Assembly: GCA_003599255.1 (NCBI GenBank)
Contig: QZJF01000006.1
Span: forward strand, 1,018 to 65,017
Source of the DNA: a candidate division WWE3 bacterium
GTDB taxonomy: Bacteria; Patescibacteriota; WWE3; UBA101185; UBA10185
DNA: 64,000 nucleotides
Reading direction: 5' to 3'
Shown: in pieces, positions 49,465 to 57,247 of the stretch
Layout: each line of letters begins with the position of its first letter
Position numbering within the stretch: position 1 is the first letter of the stretch
Notes under the pieces: generated by a model
Told to the model about the DNA's origin: nothing
What the model saw: the letters and a program-made list of their open reading frames with translations, nothing else
The model's database searches: none
Position numbers and translations under genes: made by a program

Positions 49465-49986
49465 TTATTTCAATGGAAGAGACTCGCAAGCTTCGCCGTC
49501 TTTATCACCGTCCAAACGATTAATATCGTTTCCGGTTCCGCCCACTCTCTCAAAAAATACTTGAGCTTCGGGTTGTGAAGAAAAGTCATCACAATTGTAA
49601 TCATCTGCCTTTTTACCAAGTGCAGTATCAGTTGTGATATTTCCAAACTTATCGAAAAGAATATTTCCCTCGGTGTCCCTTCCGACCTTTGATTCCTGGA
49701 ATGATTTGGTTTCCCATAGTCTTCCCAAGTCATAGTCGGTTTGAGCTACCTCGAGTCCAAGTGCAGCAAGTAAGGCTATAAAGGCAATAACAAGAGCTAT
49801 TCTAAGCTTTTCAAAGAAGATAAAGAGTACAGCTACAATTGCCATGAGGATAACAATAAGCCAAATTCTGAACTTATGGCTGCTTCTGAGTTTTTGGACT
49901 TTTGAGGGGACCTTAGAGAAAACTTTTTCTTCTTTAGATGAGGTTTGATTGTCTGTTGTTTCGGGTGTATCTATCTTTATGTCCAT
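49465..49986 (-). CDS. Membrane protein with Excalibur calcium-binding domain
   Basis: Two TM helices and DYNCDDF.SQ.EAQ...RLDGDKDGEACE. Confidence 0.85.
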   Translation of the reverse strand: MDIKIDTPETTDNQTSSKEEKVFSKVPSKVQKLRSSHKFRIWLIVILMAIVAVLFIFFEKLRIALVIAFIALLAALGLEVAQTDYDLGRLWETKSFQESKVGRDTEGNILFDKFGNITTDTALGKKADDYNCDDFSSQPEAQVFFERVGGTGNDINRLDGDKDGEACESLPLK

Positions 49987-50005
49987 ATATTGATTCTACA
50001 CCAAA

Positions 50006-50455
50006 TTATTTTACTAGGGTAACCCACTTTGTATCAAAGGTTAACTCGTTCTTCTCGAGTTTTTCCATTATAGCTTCAATACTAAGACACAACATATCCA
50101 TGAAGGCAAAAAACGTATCTTTGTTAATAGCATCTGCCCATAACTCAAAGCCCAATTCTACAGCTAAAGGATTCTCAGTTACAGGGTACAATTTAACAAG
50201 TTTTAGTCTGTCATTTAGTGCAAACAGTTTTGATATGTCAGTTTCAGGAACATTCATCATGAAATCCACAGTTGAGACCATTACAAACTCTCCTTCTATA
50301 CGAAACGATATGTAAATACCTTTTTGATCATCAAAATTAAAAGGGGCTACTAAAACTTCTTTGTCACCATTTGGGTTAAGTTTTTTGAAAGTCCAACCAT
50401 ACTCTTGTAAGAACTGTTCCAGATCGCTTATAGAGGGAATTTTGTTTTCATCCAT
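50006..50455 (-). CDS. YbjN / T3SS-chaperone-like domain protein
   Basis: LEQFLQEYGW...FALNDRLKLVKLY pattern in a small acidic alpha/beta protein. Confidence 0.6.
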   Translation of the reverse strand: MDENKIPSISDLEQFLQEYGWTFKKLNPNGDKEVLVAPFNFDDQKGIYISFRIEGEFVMVSTVDFMMNVPETDISKLFALNDRLKLVKLYPVTENPLAVELGFELWADAINKDTFFAFMDMLCLSIEAIMEKLEKNELTFDTKWVTLVK

Positions 50456-50500
50456 AATAACTATATTACTACTAAATAGAACATGCGGCCATACTGACTA

Positions 50501-50538
50501 TAGACAAGTACTTGCAATAGTTGTAATATTACAAGTAC
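50501..50538 (+). promoter_or_regulatory. Promoter with palindromic operator upstream of the RHH gene
   Basis: TAGACA (50501) N17 TAATAT (50524), with palindromes CAAGTACTTG and TTGTAATATTACAA and repeated ACAAGTAC. Confidence 0.6.
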
Positions 50539-50730
50539 ATGAAGAATACAGAAACCAAACTTAGAACAACTGTCTTTTTGAGACCCTCACTTATCAAACA
50601 TGCTAAGGCACAGGCGGTTATAGAAGAAATTACACTTACAGAGCTTATAGAGAGAGCTTTACTCAAATACTTACCTAAAGAAACGATAATAAAGAAAATA
50701 GACTTCAGAAAGCCCGTAGGGCGGCAATAA
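50539..50730 (+). CDS. Small ribbon-helix-helix DNA-binding protein
   Basis: RTTVFL strand followed by two helices (PSLIKHAKAQA; LTELIERALLKYL). Confidence 0.7.
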   Translation: MKNTETKLRTTVFLRPSLIKHAKAQAVIEEITLTELIERALLKYLPKETIIKKIDFRKPVGRQ

Positions 50731-50799
50731 CTCCCAAGACAACTCCCATAAAAAACATCAAGTCGTAATGATTTTATAATTGAAAGAAGGTGATAAATA

Positions 50800-51231
50800 A
50801 TGACAGAAATAACAAGAGAAACAGTAACTTCTCAGAGTAATGAGGGTAAAACAGTATTGAATAATCCTACAGGTAACGAGAGTACTCCGGTTATGGCTAC
50901 GCAGGTAAAAACTGCTGCTACAAGTTCACAGACTGTTGAGTACTTAATCTACTTTTTCTTCGGGCTACTTGAGGTACTATTAGTCTTCAGATTGGTATTC
51001 AAGTTGGCAGGAGCCAGCTCCACAAGCGCTTTTGTGAACTTCATATACGGATTAACAGGATTATTCATATTACCTTTCGAAGGTATCTTCCGTAGAGGGG
51101 TCTCCCAAGGATTAGAAACCAGTTCAGTACTAGAACCTGCAACATTAGTTGCATTGGTTGTATATGCTTTTATATCCTGGGGAATCGTTAAGTTAGTTCA
51201 AATATTCTCAGGAGAAAAGCAGCAAGGTTAG
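50800..51231 (+). CDS. YggT-like membrane protein
   Basis: LEVLLVFRLVFKLAGA...FVNFIYGLT..FILPFEGIF. Confidence 0.75.
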   Translation: MTEITRETVTSQSNEGKTVLNNPTGNESTPVMATQVKTAATSSQTVEYLIYFFFGLLEVLLVFRLVFKLAGASSTSAFVNFIYGLTGLFILPFEGIFRRGVSQGLETSSVLEPATLVALVVYAFISWGIVKLVQIFSGEKQQG

Positions 51232-51278
51232 TTGATAGTGAACGGTCGTATTTATGTGCAATTTTGGAGGTGATTAGT

Positions 51279-51518
51279 ATGTCTATTATTTATTGGATTA
51301 TCTTCGGCTTAATCGCAGGAGGAATCGCAAATTATCTTTCCCCCAGTTCACACGGAGGAATAGTAGGATCAATTGTTCTTGGAATTATTGGAGCAGTTGT
51401 TGGTGGATTTTTAGGACAGATGTTCTTTGGCGTAGATGTTACCGGATTTAACATAAGTTCAATCATAGTCGCTGTTATAGGAGCACTGATTGTGCTGTAT
51501 GTAGCTAGATTATTTTAG
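51279..51518 (+). CDS. GlsB/YeaQ/YmgE (transglycosylase-associated) membrane protein
   Basis: WIIFGLIAG, IVLGIIGAVVGG, SIIVAVIGA. GGAGGTG SD. Confidence 0.9.
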   Translation: MSIIYWIIFGLIAGGIANYLSPSSHGGIVGSIVLGIIGAVVGGFLGQMFFGVDVTGFNISSIIVAVIGALIVLYVARLF

Positions 51519-52108
51519 AACTGTGTTAAAAAAAAGGCCACTTGATGCATTAACGGAAACATATCGCCCTTATGATATTTAGTGGCCTCCAGTTTCAGGT
51601 TCAGCTGATTAAATAAGTCTTCCCACTCAGATACCGTTTTATTATTGTGTGGGTTTACAAAAAATTCCAAATTTATTAAATCGTCCCAGAAATGGGTCAA
51701 ATACTTCTGTATCTTTGTGGAGTAAATTTCCTCCATTAAAATTATATTTTTTGAGACTCTTTTTGCTTCTTTTAATATGGCTTTGGGATCCTTTGTATGA
51801 TGTAAGACTAGAATAACTATGACGAAGTCAAAACTGTTATCATCAAATGGAATTCTTGTCCCATCGTAAATAATTGGCTTCACGTTATTTACAAAACTAA
51901 CATCATGAATATCCAATGGAACAACGCCATGACCCTTATCTATTAGCAATTCGGCTACACCACAGGCACCGGCGCCGATATCCAGAATCCTGCTTTTTTC
52001 CGGCAAGTATTCCGAAATTCTGCCTACAATTGTTTTCGCCCGATTTCTGGAGATTTTATATATGATTTTATTTATTATCGGAGTGTGAGTTAGAGTTTGG
52101 ATAATCAT
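51515..52108 (-). CDS. Class I SAM-dependent methyltransferase
   Basis: ILDIGAGAC, YDGTRIPFDDNSFD, VLHH, EAKRVS. Confidence 0.88.
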   Translation of the reverse strand: MIIQTLTHTPIINKIIYKISRNRAKTIVGRISEYLPEKSRILDIGAGACGVAELLIDKGHGVVPLDIHDVSFVNNVKPIIYDGTRIPFDDNSFDFVIVILVLHHTKDPKAILKEAKRVSKNIILMEEIYSTKIQKYLTHFWDDLINLEFFVNPHNNKTVSEWEDLFNQLNLKLEATKYHKGDMFPLMHQVAFFLTQF

Positions 52109-52379
52109 TGTTAGATTTTGGTTTTCCCCAGTTCCATCCGGGTTTCTCCCCTTTCTTATAAGCAATACGTATCAAAGTTATTGTTAAAAGTGTTGTAGGT
52201 AGTACAAACATAAAGAGCACTTCCTGGTTTGAAGAACTCTCATCAACTGTGCTCGAAAGCAGAATGATTAGTACTAAATATACCAACGTTACAAGCCATC
52301 CCTGCCAAGTGACGGGCGTCCAACCCCAACCAAACCATTTAGCTTTGAACCATAGATTATGCTGATTTATTACTGACAT
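52068..52379 (-). CDS. Small Trp-rich two-TM hypothetical protein
   Basis: WFKAKWFGWGWTPVTWQGW, two TM helices, KGEKPGWNWG. Confidence 0.75.
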   Translation of the reverse strand: MSVINQHNLWFKAKWFGWGWTPVTWQGWLVTLVYLVLIILLSSTVDESSSNQEVLFMFVLPTTLLTITLIRIAYKKGEKPGWNWGKPKSNNDYPNSNSHSDNK

Positions 52380-52399
52380 GTTAAAGAAATTATATCAAT

Positions 52400-52445
52400 A
52401 ACAAACAACCCTAAAGAACTAGTTGCTCTATTAGGGGTGTTTGTT
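52400..52445 (-). terminator. Terminator-like hairpin after the secreted-protein gene
   Basis: AACAAACAACCCTAA...TTAGGGGTGTTTGTT imperfect inverted repeat. Confidence 0.55.
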
Positions 52446-52454
52446 GTGCGTACT

Positions 52455-53450
52455 TTACTCAGTTTCCGAAGCCCAATTTCCAAGACCCTTTTTTAAGGGA
52501 CTCATGTATTCTATGACTCCGTATTCATCGCATGGGTCGCTGGAGATCTCTTGTATAACAATAAATTCTCCCCATAAAGCCGGCCCTATTTCTGTTGTCT
52601 TAGTATCATCTGTGTACCACATACCTTCGCCGTAGTATCCGATAACAGTATCATCAAGGAAAGCATCTGCAGGTGCAGCAACTATCTTAACGAAATCTGT
52701 AACAGTACATGTAGCAAAGACTTGAGTCGATGTGCCTGTTGCAGTCCAGGTAAGGTTGTTGCTGTTACTGTCAGTAAAGGTACCTCCGGTAATCTCGTTA
52801 TTGCCTATGGTTCCTGTAAAGTCACCTGTGTAAAGTATCGGGAATCTGTCGTAATGCAGCTGCAGCGTGTCACCTGTGATTGTACCCACTAATGTTCCTC
52901 CATACTCCCAGTCCGCGCCGTTTAGCCACCAAAATTCTCCGGTAACGTTACCTTCTGAGTCCTGAACTAAGTTACGAAACTCTCTGTTATCAGTTCCTCC
53001 GTTGAAATCCAGCATCCAGTTTCCGGTTATATCCCAGTAGTAATCTGTCGAGCTAAGGTAGGTTCCTGATGCGTGATTGGTTAGCCATGCGCCAGAGCCG
53101 ATATAGCTGCTGTACCCATAATGTCTATCCAACAGCTCATCACCGTCACAAGACTGATTACTTAACCAGGCGTCATTCCATTTCATCATCAAACTTATGT
53201 CTTCATAAGGTAATGCCTGACACCAGGGTGCATCTCTGTATGCGCCACAAAATGTTCCGTTGAACATTTTCGCTTGGTAGTTATAACCCCACTCATCATA
53301 GCCTGTAGTGATGACTTCTCCCACACTATTTAACAATTCTCCGCTTTGTATTGTGGTACATGTGGATTTAGCTGCCATAACCGGTTTACTTGACAAGTTA
53401 AATGCAACAACAGCTGCAACCACAACTATCATAATTGATATTTTTTTCAT
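52455..53450 (-). CDS. Secreted hypothetical protein, acidic and Trp/Tyr/Gly/Thr-rich
   Basis: GGAGGTG SD, signal peptide MKKISIMIVVVAAVVA, beta-rich composition, several Cys. Confidence 0.8.
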   Translation of the reverse strand: MKKISIMIVVVAAVVAFNLSSKPVMAAKSTCTTIQSGELLNSVGEVITTGYDEWGYNYQAKMFNGTFCGAYRDAPWCQALPYEDISLMMKWNDAWLSNQSCDGDELLDRHYGYSSYIGSGAWLTNHASGTYLSSTDYYWDITGNWMLDFNGGTDNREFRNLVQDSEGNVTGEFWWLNGADWEYGGTLVGTITGDTLQLHYDRFPILYTGDFTGTIGNNEITGGTFTDSNSNNLTWTATGTSTQVFATCTVTDFVKIVAAPADAFLDDTVIGYYGEGMWYTDDTKTTEIGPALWGEFIVIQEISSDPCDEYGVIEYMSPLKKGLGNWASETE

Positions 53451-53482
53451 TTTATTCACCTCCATTCCAAGAAAATAAATAC

Positions 53483-53581
53483 AAAAAAATCCGCAGTTGT
53501 GCGGATTTAGAAATTAAACGGGATTTCAATGAAATATTTTTTCACCATGTCTATAGTATTTCAATTGGGGGTGTTTGTAAA
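53483..53581 (-). promoter_or_regulatory. Attenuator-like leader: promoter, short uORF and terminator hairpin
   Basis: Minus strand TTTACA-N17-TACTAT, then uORF (M)VKKYFIEIPFNF* at 53507-53548, hairpin AAATCCGC-ACAACT-GCGGATTT and a U-tract. Confidence 0.5.
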
Positions 53582-53614
53582 GTAAACATACCTTAAGTGA
53601 TAGAATCTATAGGC

Positions 53615-54646
53615 ATGATAAAACTCTTTAGAACAATAAAAAAAAACCATGTTGAGATTATTTTGCTAATACTTACGTTGTTCTTATCTCATAAGATTAC
53701 TTTCGGGGTTGATAGAGACTCTGACTTTTATTACAAAAAGGAGGATATTTACTACGAGTACGAGGTTGCAAAGCAAATTCAAAAAGGTGAAAATCCATAT
53801 CTTAGAATTTTAAAAGGCGACATGCTAGAGAATGACAAGTACGCAACACAGTTGCCGCATTATTATAATCTCCTGGCGTTTATCAGAGATAATTCTAATG
53901 ACAATTTCAGTGGATTTATCGAGAGTTTTAGGCTAATACTTTATGTTTCACAGGTTATCGGCGGTGTATTCATTTATCTCATTTTCAGAAAACAGAATAA
54001 AAGGCTTCTTGGCTTATGTGGTGCAATTTTTTATATTTTTAACGTATGGACGCTAAATAGTATGATTTACTTAAAGCAAGATGTACTGGCAATTGCATTA
54101 CTAGTAGCCTCTTTCTATTTTTTAAGTAGTGATAAATACAGGACAATCTCATATGTGCTGTACGGTTTATCGTTAGGGATCAAATATATAGGGGTATTCG
54201 CTTTTCCAATATTCATAGTTGTTTATCTAAACAAAAAATTGACACTTAAGAAGCTTATAATAAATTTCCTGTTATTGTTCTTTGTCCTAATTACTCCTGT
54301 CATCCCCTACCTTCTTGAGGATTTTAATAGTTTCGCGAGATCGCTGCTTTTTAGCCTGACACGCAGCCCTTCCGATTCAGAGATAATTTACGGCTACAAT
54401 GACTTGCTTGTTAGATCACCGGAAAGTCACACAAGCACTGAAATTTTCGATAAGTTGTTACCCCGTATTCCTTTATTTATTTCTTTGTTAATGACGGTAG
54501 CATTACTGTTCCTGCGAAAAATTAAACAAGGAACTTATGTCTTTTTGTCTCTGCTTGTTTTTTCTATTTTTAATCCGGTTATTTTTCCGCAGTATATTAC
54601 CTGGGTACCTCCTTTTGCTCTGTTTCCTTTGTTAGATGGTGATTAA
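53615..54646 (+). CDS. GT-C fold membrane glycosyltransferase (GT87-like)
   Basis: EDIYY, GENPY, KQDV, SLGIK, FPQYITW. Multiple TM helices. Confidence 0.7.
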   Translation: MIKLFRTIKKNHVEIILLILTLFLSHKITFGVDRDSDFYYKKEDIYYEYEVAKQIQKGENPYLRILKGDMLENDKYATQLPHYYNLLAFIRDNSNDNFSGFIESFRLILYVSQVIGGVFIYLIFRKQNKRLLGLCGAIFYIFNVWTLNSMIYLKQDVLAIALLVASFYFLSSDKYRTISYVLYGLSLGIKYIGVFAFPIFIVVYLNKKLTLKKLIINFLLLFFVLITPVIPYLLEDFNSFARSLLFSLTRSPSDSEIIYGYNDLLVRSPESHTSTEIFDKLLPRIPLFISLLMTVALLFLRKIKQGTYVFLSLLVFSIFNPVIFPQYITWVPPFALFPLLDGD

Positions 54647-54754
54647 TTAGTTCATTCGTAAATATAAAAGCTGTTTTGTATTAGTGCGGGCATTCAAACT
54701 CCTAGTGGTATCCTTTTTTTGCTGTCCGGTTGGAATTTAGTTGGAACTTTTATT

Positions 54755-55147
54755 TCAAACAAGCTCTTGCAATTTTGATCTTGCTTCTTCAAATGTAGAA
54801 ACTAAAAACCCTGCTTTTCTTACAAATTCAATAGACCACTTAGGTTCTCTTTCATCCTTCCATATAATAATCATGTTTTTACAAGTGTCCCCTGGTTTTT
54901 CTGTATGTGTTGCCATAAAATACCCTATTTCTATCCAAGTTGCCTCGGAAGGTTTTGTACTTGGGTTTGCAACCAAGATGTCCGAATTATGCACTGCTAT
55001 CAAATCTTCCGGAAAGAATGTCTCTGAGGAAGTTTGATCAGAGTCAATTTCAGGGTCATAGAAGTCAAATCCATCTAATTTCTTAAAATCGTCCTTCCAG
55101 TTGTTATCGTATTCATTTGGTTGTCCTGCTAAATAAACTTTCTTCAT
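54755..55147 (-). CDS. Nucleoside 2-deoxyribosyltransferase-like protein
   Basis: KVYLAG, FYDP, EDLIAVHNSDILVA and ATWIEIGY are typical NDT/Rcl-like motifs. Confidence 0.75.
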   Translation of the reverse strand: MKKVYLAGQPNEYDNNWKDDFKKLDGFDFYDPEIDSDQTSSETFFPEDLIAVHNSDILVANPSTKPSEATWIEIGYFMATHTEKPGDTCKNMIIIWKDEREPKWSIEFVRKAGFLVSTFEEARSKLQELV

Positions 55148-55439
55148 GAATACATTGTATCAGTTCCAAAGACCCTATCTGCCTATGTTTTTTGACGACT
55201 TATGGAACTTGTTGTCACAATAAGAACTAAAGGTTTATAAATTTGGCTGAGCACTCGGGTCTAGTACCAAAATTGAACTCTATCCTGTACGTATTTTCTC
55301 CAGGTTGTATATGAGACAGTATAAAAGAGTGCCCTATTAATTAATTAGTTAGTCAAAATTTCATATTTCTGGCTGCAAAATTATTTATTTATGTGTTCAG
55401 CTTCCTATAGAAAAGATTCTAAACTAGTGTTTGTAACCC

Positions 55440-56192
55440 TTACTTCATATATATTGAATTTAAAATACCATAAAGAATGAAGAAACAAATCACTCCAAGT
55501 AGAAAAGTCTTAATCCATTTATTTCCTGCAGAAACAGCAAAGGATGCACCTACAAGTCCCCCAAGCAACATACCCGTAAAGATCATAATACCTGGGATTA
55601 TAGGTATAAATCCATGATAGTAATATATAACTGCAGGTATTGATGCAGAGAAAAATTTTGAAGGTGTGGTTGTTGCATGTCCTTTCACAATTTCGAATCC
55701 AAAAAAGTAGATCATAACTATTGTACTTACCACAGCACCCCCAGCTCCAATCACGGCACCAATGATGGAAAGAAGAAACAACAATATGTAACCAACAGAT
55801 TTTTTTAATTTTGAAGTACTTACTTTTTTTATTCCTAGATCGCGTTTAAAAACAAGTAGAGGTAATGCTAGTGCAATAGTTATGTAAACAAGTATTTCAA
55901 GCACATTCGCATTTAGTAGAACCATTATTTTAGTACCTAAAAAGCTTCCGATAATGTATATGCAGGTAATTGTTCCAGCTAAGTTCCAATCTATTTTTTT
56001 TGATTTCCAGTATTTTCTTACTGCAGATATAAATGTGCCGACATCCCCAATTTTATTTAATGCAATCGCTGATTGTGGAGTAAAACCTAAATACAGAAGG
56101 GCAGGTATTGATACAAAACCGCCACCCCCGACAGTTGATCCTAGAAATCCGGACACAAAGCCTATTAAAAAAATTGCTACTTTGTCAAACAT
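55440..56192 (-). CDS. TauE/SafE (TSUP) sulfite exporter family protein
   Basis: GFLGSTVGGGGFVSIPAL, AIALNK, IGAGG, GMLLGGLVGA. Confidence 0.88.
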   Translation of the reverse strand: MFDKVAIFLIGFVSGFLGSTVGGGGFVSIPALLYLGFTPQSAIALNKIGDVGTFISAVRKYWKSKKIDWNLAGTITCIYIIGSFLGTKIMVLLNANVLEILVYITIALALPLLVFKRDLGIKKVSTSKLKKSVGYILLFLLSIIGAVIGAGGAVVSTIVMIYFFGFEIVKGHATTTPSKFFSASIPAVIYYYHGFIPIIPGIMIFTGMLLGGLVGASFAVSAGNKWIKTFLLGVICFFILYGILNSIYMK

Positions 56193-56252
56193 TAAAATAA
56201 AGTATAACAACAAAATAGTTTTTGTAGTCGACCAATCATATATAATCTATAT

Positions 56253-57128
56253 ATGTTTTCATCTAAAGTTAAGTACTTTATTATTACCTTAATTGTGATC
56301 TTTATACTTGGTTTTTTGTTTCTATCCTTTAAAGGACAGATTGATAATATTAAAATGAGACATGAAGATGCCGTCATTGCTTTTGAAGAATATCAACTTG
56401 AACAAAATGAAAAATATAACACACAGGAGGCGTTATATGAGAAGATGAAAAACGATTTTGAAAAATATCGAATGATGGCACTAGAAACAAAAGAATTAGT
56501 GGATAGTAATAAGCAACCAGAAATATCAAATATAGTTAAAACATGGAGACCTTACACAGCATATATTATATGTTCATGGATAGAACCCAAGGAGGCTTAT
56601 GGGTCCGGTTCAGGAAAAATAGAAAAGCTAGACGAGGAAGGAAATGCATTGATTCTTACAAATAAGCATGTCCTTCTTAAAGAAGATAACACACCAGTCG
56701 AGTGCTTGGTAACTTTTCCTGAAATATCAAAGATTTATAAATTGGAAAAACCCAAAGTTGTAAGCGATAAAGATCTTGATGTGGCATATTTGACTATAAC
56801 TGAACCTGATCAATTTATATTTAGCTTGATAACTAATGTTAAAAAAGAACGTTTATGTTTGGATGGCATTAACCTGGGAGACAAAATCATTGCCCTAGGA
56901 TATCCGGGAATAGGGGCCTCAGGAGACGTAACTGTTACTGATGGAATAATATCTGGAAGTGAAGACGAATTCTATATTAGTACTGTAAAACTTGACTACG
57001 GTAACTCTGGAGGTTTAGCAATTCATGTCGAAAAGAATTGCTATTTAGGTATTCCAACAGCATCTGTAGCGGGCGAGATCGAATCACTTGCTAGGATACT
57101 AAAGTATTCTGAGATTATGGAAGATTAG
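56253..57128 (+). CDS. Trypsin-like serine protease with N-terminal TM helix and coiled coil
   Basis: GSGSG, ILTNKHV (His), DVAYL (Asp), ALGYP, GNSGG (Ser). Confidence 0.88.
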   Translation: MFSSKVKYFIITLIVIFILGFLFLSFKGQIDNIKMRHEDAVIAFEEYQLEQNEKYNTQEALYEKMKNDFEKYRMMALETKELVDSNKQPEISNIVKTWRPYTAYIICSWIEPKEAYGSGSGKIEKLDEEGNALILTNKHVLLKEDNTPVECLVTFPEISKIYKLEKPKVVSDKDLDVAYLTITEPDQFIFSLITNVKKERLCLDGINLGDKIIALGYPGIGASGDVTVTDGIISGSEDEFYISTVKLDYGNSGGLAIHVEKNCYLGIPTASVAGEIESLARILKYSEIMED

Positions 57129-57247
57129 GAGAGTTACCATGCGGATTTGATTATATGAAATCTATATCCTACCCCTTAGTTCTCAAGGATAATTGGCTGA
57201 GCATTGCCTGTGATGTTAGAACTGCAATAGTTGGAGTTATATTATAA

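Noticed and set aside
54676-54710. tRNA remnant or att site (GTGCGGGCATTCAAACTCC)
   Set aside because: The resemblance to a tRNA end is only superficial. I could not build a cloverleaf or a proper T-loop.
57129-57247. Integron attC site (GTTAGAA / TTCTAAC)
   Set aside because: It does not fit RYYYAAC...GTTRRRY with a paired stem, and there is no integrase or cassette array.
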